A DNA stretch of 64,000 nucleotides from the human T2T-CHM13v2.0 reference genome, Homo sapiens. Below the pieces are notes generated by a model. The model was not told where the DNA came from and made no database searches. It was given only the letters and a program-made list of their open reading frames with translations. The stretch lies in assembly GCF_009914755.1 (NCBI RefSeq), contig NC_060931.1; one strand, written 5' to 3'. How positions within the stretch are numbered: position 1 is the stretch's first letter; each line of letters begins with the position of its first letter. Positions 51,871-64,000 of this stretch are shown one piece after another. The position numbers and the translations under genes are program-made.

Positions 51871-54049
51871 TCAGTGTTTCCAGCCCACCTGGGAGACCTC
51901 GTTAGCGCAGAATCCAAAACCGTGACCTGAGACGGCAGGGCTGTGATCGTCACGGCAGGCCGGCCCGGGGGGAAACACCTAGGTGGACCGACAGACAGAC
52001 AGATGGGGTGTCAGGACCCATCACAGCCAGCCAGACAAAGGCCTCTGCCGGGAGGGTCCCCGGGGAGCAGGGCCCTGGGAGTCCAAGCTCCAGACCAGTA
52101 GGAGCCAGGGCAGCTTCAGGGTGAGGGAGGTTCACCCAGCAGGAGGCCCGCAGACAGGAGCAGGGCCCGGACGTATGATCTGGCTGTGCCCCTCCTGGCG
52201 GGGTCTGCAGGGCCGAGGGGGCCACCCAGAGCTCATGTCCACCTCCCACCTGATGCCCCAGCACCCGGGACCCCAGAATTCCCTGAGCGCACACCCTGAA
52301 ACCCCCTTCGAGTCCTCCTGAGGCCTTCCCAGCCCTGGCGTGGAGGCTCCCAGGCCCGAGGTGGGAGGCTCCTCCCTCCCAAAGCTAAACAGGGCTTCCG
52401 GGGAGGAGAAGTGGGGGGAGCTTCGGGCTCAACTCTCTCCCGGGCCCCACAAAGGTGAGGGTGGGCCTGGCAGGGAATGGCCGCTGGGGAGCAAGCCTGC
52501 ATGGCAGCCGTCAGCCTCCTGCGTCTCAGGCTCCAGAGGAGACCCCTTCAGCCCCCCTGCGTCTTGGGCTCCAGAGGAGGCCCCTTCTCCATGATTCACC
52601 CGAGAGAAGCAAGGCATGGCTGTCCCTGGGGTCCCCGTGAGGCCTTGGAAGGACGTGGAGGGGCAGGAAGAAGCCAGAAGACACAGGAAAAGCTCCTCCT
52701 TCCCAGACACCCTCACAGCGGCCGCTCGAGGTTGGAAGGAGGCCAGGCTGCAGAGGTGCAGGCCACAGACATTTCTACCTGGGGGTAACTGTGGGCTTCC
52801 CAGAGCCCCCCCACCCAGGGAGCCCCCCAACTGGGGCCGTGCAGCAGAGCCACATGGGGGGCCCTCACTGGGAGGAGTCTGAGCTCTGCTCCCTGCCTCC
52901 TCCCAGATGGAGGCCAAGGCACAAGAACCAGGCCCTGCCCACTCCTGCCATGGGGCCCTGGGCACTCCGTGACTCAGTTTCCCCTCCTGTCACAGGGACA
53001 GGGTGTTGCCCACGACTCCCTAGTTTCTGTGAGGGGCTTCATGGCACAGGGCGTGGCCATGCCCCCATCGGAGACCCCTCCAACTCTTGCCCCAGCCAGG
53101 AGCAGCCCCTCTGTCCCCACCCCAAGCTGGGCCCACCTTGGCAGGCTCAGGGACTGGGAAGGTCCCTCCCCTCTCTGGCCTCAACACCCTCCTCTGAAAA
53201 CGGGTCTGGGGGTAGCTGAGGTGCTGTGGGAAGGGCCAAGCCAGTTCCTGTGCATCGGGGCGGGGCTGGAGCAGGAGGCCTGGGCAGGGCAGATGGGGCG
53301 GCAGGGGTGAGGGGGCCCCACCATGGAAGCGGCTGAGGTCTGCTCTGCATGTCAATTCCCCGCTCCCTGCGGGGCAGACCAGCTATGACATTCCCAGGCC
53401 CCGGCCGGGACCCGCAGCTTACACAGATCAGGGTGGGGGGCGGTCTTTGGGCCCGGCCGGGCTGTGCTCATCACTCGGGGCCAGGGCCAGGCTCCCTCTC
53501 TGGGCCCCAGGGAACAGGGCAGCCCCCCGTTGTGGGATGCCCGGAAAATCCCCCAAGAGACGTTGTGCTCTCTTCCCGAGTCCCTCCCTGTCCCTCCCCT
53601 GCTCAGCCCAAGTCTGGGTAGGGCAGGAGGTGCCTGGTGTGTGCCCGCTGGCAGTGGCTCCACTGCCCACCCCACGAGACCTGATTCAATCCTCCCACCC
53701 CGGGCAGGGCAGGGGCAGCCCCGGGGGTCCCACAAGTACGAAACCAGTCAGGCTCAAGCAGGTCTGTCTCCCTGGACCAGTGGACCAGGTAGCAACCCTG
53801 GGCCAGGTGCTAGCCCCCTTGACAGGTGAGAAGACTGAGTCCTGGAGTGGCGTTGAGCCCTGGTGTCATTCATTCATTCAACAAATCCTCATCAGGCTCC
53901 TGCCGTGTGTCAGGCACTGTTCTAGGCGCTGAGGATGGCGTGGCAGAAAGACGGAGGAGCCGGGACCTCCGGAGGATCCGTCACAGAGAGGAAGCCCAAA
54001 CAAGCATCTAAACATAGGTGCGTTCCGAGTGTTGGCAATAAACCAGGGT

Positions 54050-54347
<298 letters not shown>

Positions 54348-57300
54348 TCAGGGTGAGGGGCAGGAGCTTCTCCGAAAAGGGCAGTTAAGCAGAGATAGCA
54401 GGATGCCAGCTATGTGGAGTGCAGGGGCCCCAGGAGCAGGACCAGCAAATGCAAACGCCCGTGGCCAAGGCCCGGCAGCCGGAGCGGAGGGGGCAAGGGT
54501 GACAGAGGTGAGGCTGGAAGAACTCCTGGGAATCAGCCCAAGCCTGCCCTGGCTTCGCAAGGGGTGAACACAAGTCCCCACCAGCTGCCCCCACCCTCCC
54601 ACAGACCAGTGCCCTGTAATGGCTGGGCTGGCCCCCTGTGCCCGGCCTGGAGGGGCCACTCAAGTCCAAGTCCAAATTCCAAGCATCCCAGTGGAGACTC
54701 TGCTTGGTCCAGCCTTGCCTCCCTCCTTGTCCCTCCTGACGCAGCCACACGGGGCCAGTGTCAGCTCCCCACCCCAGAGCTCACCAGAAGGACCACACCG
54801 GTCCCTGAGCCCAGAACACTCCTCAATCCAGCCCTTGCTCCCCAGACCTGAGGCTGTAGTATTGAGGCCAGTGCAGATACAGGGGCCGACGGGGATGTGG
54901 GTCAGGGAACAGCTCTTCCCCTTCTCTGCGGCCCCACCCACCCCCATATCCATTCAGGAAGACTGGCTGTTCCTAGCCATGTCTGTAGAGAGAAAGCCTC
55001 TGATGTGCATGGACTGCCTGCCACGTGCACAGGCACGAGACGCTGGCCCGGAGTCTCTGGCAGGTGTGGGTGACGTCCAGCCAGGCCACTGGGGAACTGC
55101 GTGCCTCTGCCCTCCCTGAAAGTTGTGAGGGGTCATCTAGGGTGGGTGGGGCCCGGGCTGAAACTCTTCCACATTGGGGTTGGGGCAGCCTCTGCAGGAG
55201 CCGGGCGGCGGCGCAGCCAGCCCCACCTGTGCCCGAGTGGCTGCTCAGGGGTTCCCACGCCCATCCTCACAGCCTCCTGCAGCACAGGCAGCACAGGCAT
55301 CACAGGGCCTGGCCAACGCCCATGGCCCCAGGGCTGCGTTCCTGCCTGTCTCTCCATGATGGTGTCACCGGGGTCTGCAGGTGCTGGGCCCCTGGTGGAC
55401 AGCAAGGACATCCCGCAGGGCTGGCTTAGTGCCTGGCAGACCTGACCACTTGTTGCAGGGGCTCTGATCACTGAGCACCAACTGTGTGCCCAGCCTGGAG
55501 CGCACCTGGCACCCCAGGGCTGCTTCTGAGGTCCCCAGATGCAGGGGGCTGATGGTGGGGGCGGAAGCTTCCTGGCCCTGCGGTGGGACACCCCCAGGTG
55601 TGAGTCCACAGCAGGACCGAGCCCCAGGTGCCCACGCCCCTAACTTGCTGGACAACACTCCCTTCCCGTTCTGGTCTCAAAAATGCTACGCAGCCCCCTG
55701 CCCTGGCCCCGCCTCGCTTGCTGTGTGACGTGGGAGAGCCGTAGCCCTCTCCCAGCCTCAGTTTCCCTGTCTGAAAAACGGAGCTATTCCAGGCTCCCGG
55801 CTGCCCCTCTCCACTAAGTGGCTCTCTGCCTCCCCCTGGTGGTGAAGAGGCCACACTGCCGCGGGTCAGGCCTTACGACGTGAGCACGGGGCTGAGATCC
55901 CAGGGGGACCCACGGGGCTGAGATCCCAGGGGGACCCACAGGCTCAGCTCCGGGACCCGGTCCAGACCGCCCTCCACGGCGTCATGCTCCTAACACAGCA
56001 GAGGCCCTGGGGCTTCTGCTCAGAACCACCCCAGGCACCCAGTGCCTGAGGAACGAGGCCACCTCGCTGCACCTGGAAGGTCCCTGCCGGCCCAGGTCCT
56101 GACAGAGCCCCTCTCTCTCCATCACCCGCTCCGCCTCACCTGACCCTGACCCCGGCCCCGCCCCAACCTGCCCCACCACACATCTTCAAGCTCCCAAGAT
56201 CACTGCCTATGCTGTTCCTGCAATAGGGCACACCCTGCCCATCCACCGAGAGACCCCTACTCCTCGACACCCAGGTGAGACCCCCCCCTGCAGAAGTCTC
56301 CTGGGGGCTCCAGGGTCCCACTGCTGCCAGCCACTGCCTCCCAGTCCTCGGAGGGCACAGGGAGTTTCCACCAACACACTCGGTCCCAGTGGCCTGACTC
56401 CAAGAGAGGCCTCAGGGCCAGGCAAAGCACGACCCCGTTCCCCACTCATTGCTGTGTGCAGGTGACCCATGGCCTCATCTGGGGGAGCCCCTTTCCCTCC
56501 ACGGGGGCCCCGAGTGGCTGGCAGAAGCAGGGGGTACAGAGGGAGGCAGCGGGGGTCTCGCTGTCAGCAGAGGGCAAGAGAGCACCTCCGTGCTCCTCCA
56601 CCCTCATCACTGCCCGAGGCACACCGGTGGGCCCCTCTCATCCTCACACGGCCCCCAGGCAGCCTATGTCACCAAAGGCTCAGAAAGGGCAGTGCCCTAG
56701 CCCGAGGCCAAAGAGCTGCCAGGAGCAGAGCTGTGACTGCAGAGGCTGTGCTCCATCCGTGCACCCCAGCCCACCCTCTCTTCCATGCCCCACACCCAGC
56801 TCACGTTCCAGGAGTCTTGAGACCCTCAAAGGCACAGTGAAGGCCATGGAATGCCACAGGCCTGCCCAGCACAAGCTCCCCAGGGCCCACGCGCACACGG
56901 CAGGGGCTCCAGGCTCTGAACCTGCTCTGGCCCTGCTGGGACCCGTGGGGTCCCGACCCCCCCAGCCAGCAGGTGGAGAACACTGGTGCTTTGCCATGGC
57001 TGAGGGTTCCCCAGGACCGCCGCAGAGGCTCCTACAGCAGCTGAAACAGCGCAGCAACAAGCAGCTGAGGCCCGCCCCTCCCCGCACAGATGGGCAAACT
57101 GAGGCTTACAGGGACGCTGCACTCCTGACTCAGCGCTCCTCCCACGACATCCACTCTCAGTGGGGGTCAGAAAGGATGGGGCACCCCACATCCCGCCCTG
57201 GCCACCAGGAAGTCTCCCTGACCAGGGGCCACTGCTTACAATCCCCCATCCCAGCCCCAGTCCTGGGAGAACGAGGTCACAGCTCTCAGGCCACGGATAC

Positions 57301-57568
57301 ATGGCGACCCAGCACCCAAAGTCTCCAGCCTGTACCGACGTCTCCTCTGAGGCTCCCACCAGCCCATCTGTGCCAGGAAGCTATGAAAGGGCCCACCTTC
57401 GAGGGCCAGGCCCTGAGAGGGTCGGCTCCTGCCCGAGGCCACAGAGCACGTCCGTCCTGCAGGCAAGAGCTGGGAGGCAGGCGAGACCCCAGGCAGGTGC
57501 GGGGCCGCCCAGGGGCACCGAGGCAAACACGGAGGCACGTAGGAGTCCGGGGCCATGTGGTCGGTTTC

Positions 57569-57574
57569 TTTATT
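57569..57574 (-). terminator. MICALL2: Polyadenylation signal AATAAA of MICALL2
   Basis: TTTATT on + strand, ~210 nt after the stop codon. Confidence 0.85.
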
Positions 57575-57640
57575 GAGACCACAGACGGTAGCGCAGGTCC
57601 CTGCTGTCCACATGCCCCTTGTAGGGACAGGAGGCCCTTC

Positions 57641-57772
57641 CCGAGTCCAAGTCCGAATGCCGGGTCCGGGCCGAGCCCACGGCCCCGAGTACAAGTCCGG
57701 GTTCCGGGTCCGGGCCAAGCCCATGGCCCCGAGTCCAAGTCCGGATGCCAGGTCCGGGCCGAGCCCACGGCC
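57641..57772. repeat. 44-bp tandem repeat x3 in the MICALL2 3'UTR
   Basis: Unit ccgagtccaagtccgaatgccgggtccgggccgagcccacggcc at 57641, 57685 and 57729. Confidence 0.92.
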
Positions 57773-57782
57773 CTACTGGCTA

Positions 57783-63873
<6,091 letters not shown>

Positions 63874-64000
63874 CTGGGTGGGAGGCAAGGGGTCTGGGTG
63901 TGAGGAAGGAGTGCTGGGAATGGGGTGTCTGCAAGGGTGGCTGTGCCTCCCCCTGCCATCTTCCCATAGCCACTCCACCCTCAGACACCCCCACAGCCAG

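Larger units (their letters stand above)
57545..57782 (-). other. MICALL2: MICALL2 3'UTR (distal end approximate)
   Basis: Lies between the stop codon and ~20 nt past the first AATAAA. Confidence 0.8.

Overview
This is primate (most likely human) genomic DNA, GC-rich and dense in Alus. The only supportable protein-coding gene is the 3' half of MICALL2 (MICAL-like 2/JRAB) on the minus strand. I reconstructed ten coding exons between 57783 and 63873; all have GT-AG introns and consistent phases. They encode the Pro-rich linker and the C-terminal coiled-coil Rab-binding (bMERB/DUF3585) domain, followed by a short 3'UTR with AATAAA at 57569-57574. The other ~57 kb is intergenic. From memory of 7p22.3 this is the interval toward the homeobox gene UNCX, which is not visible here. 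It holds Alu, L1M, MaLR and ERV1 remnants, large micro/minisatellites, and about a dozen AT-rich, TAAT-dense islands that look like developmental enhancers. The most unusual observations are: (1) a ~60-bp minisatellite whose units carry a CRE, a CCAAT box and CCCTAGGG (41621-42121); (2) several potential splicing/3'-end switches in MICALL2, mostly repeat-derived: about 14 UGCAUG motifs upstream of the only frame-symmetric exon, an intronic stop-AATAAA-GTGAGT module, a minisatellite that triplicates a 3' splice site, a +4 tandem acceptor, and a 68-nt hairpin intron; (3) a CpG-rich element with a CTCF motif. All functional roles are hypotheses; no new biological system is demonstrated. Repeat boundaries and family names are by eye and approximate. 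Apart from those overlapping MICALL2 exons, the ORF-track ORFs appear spurious.
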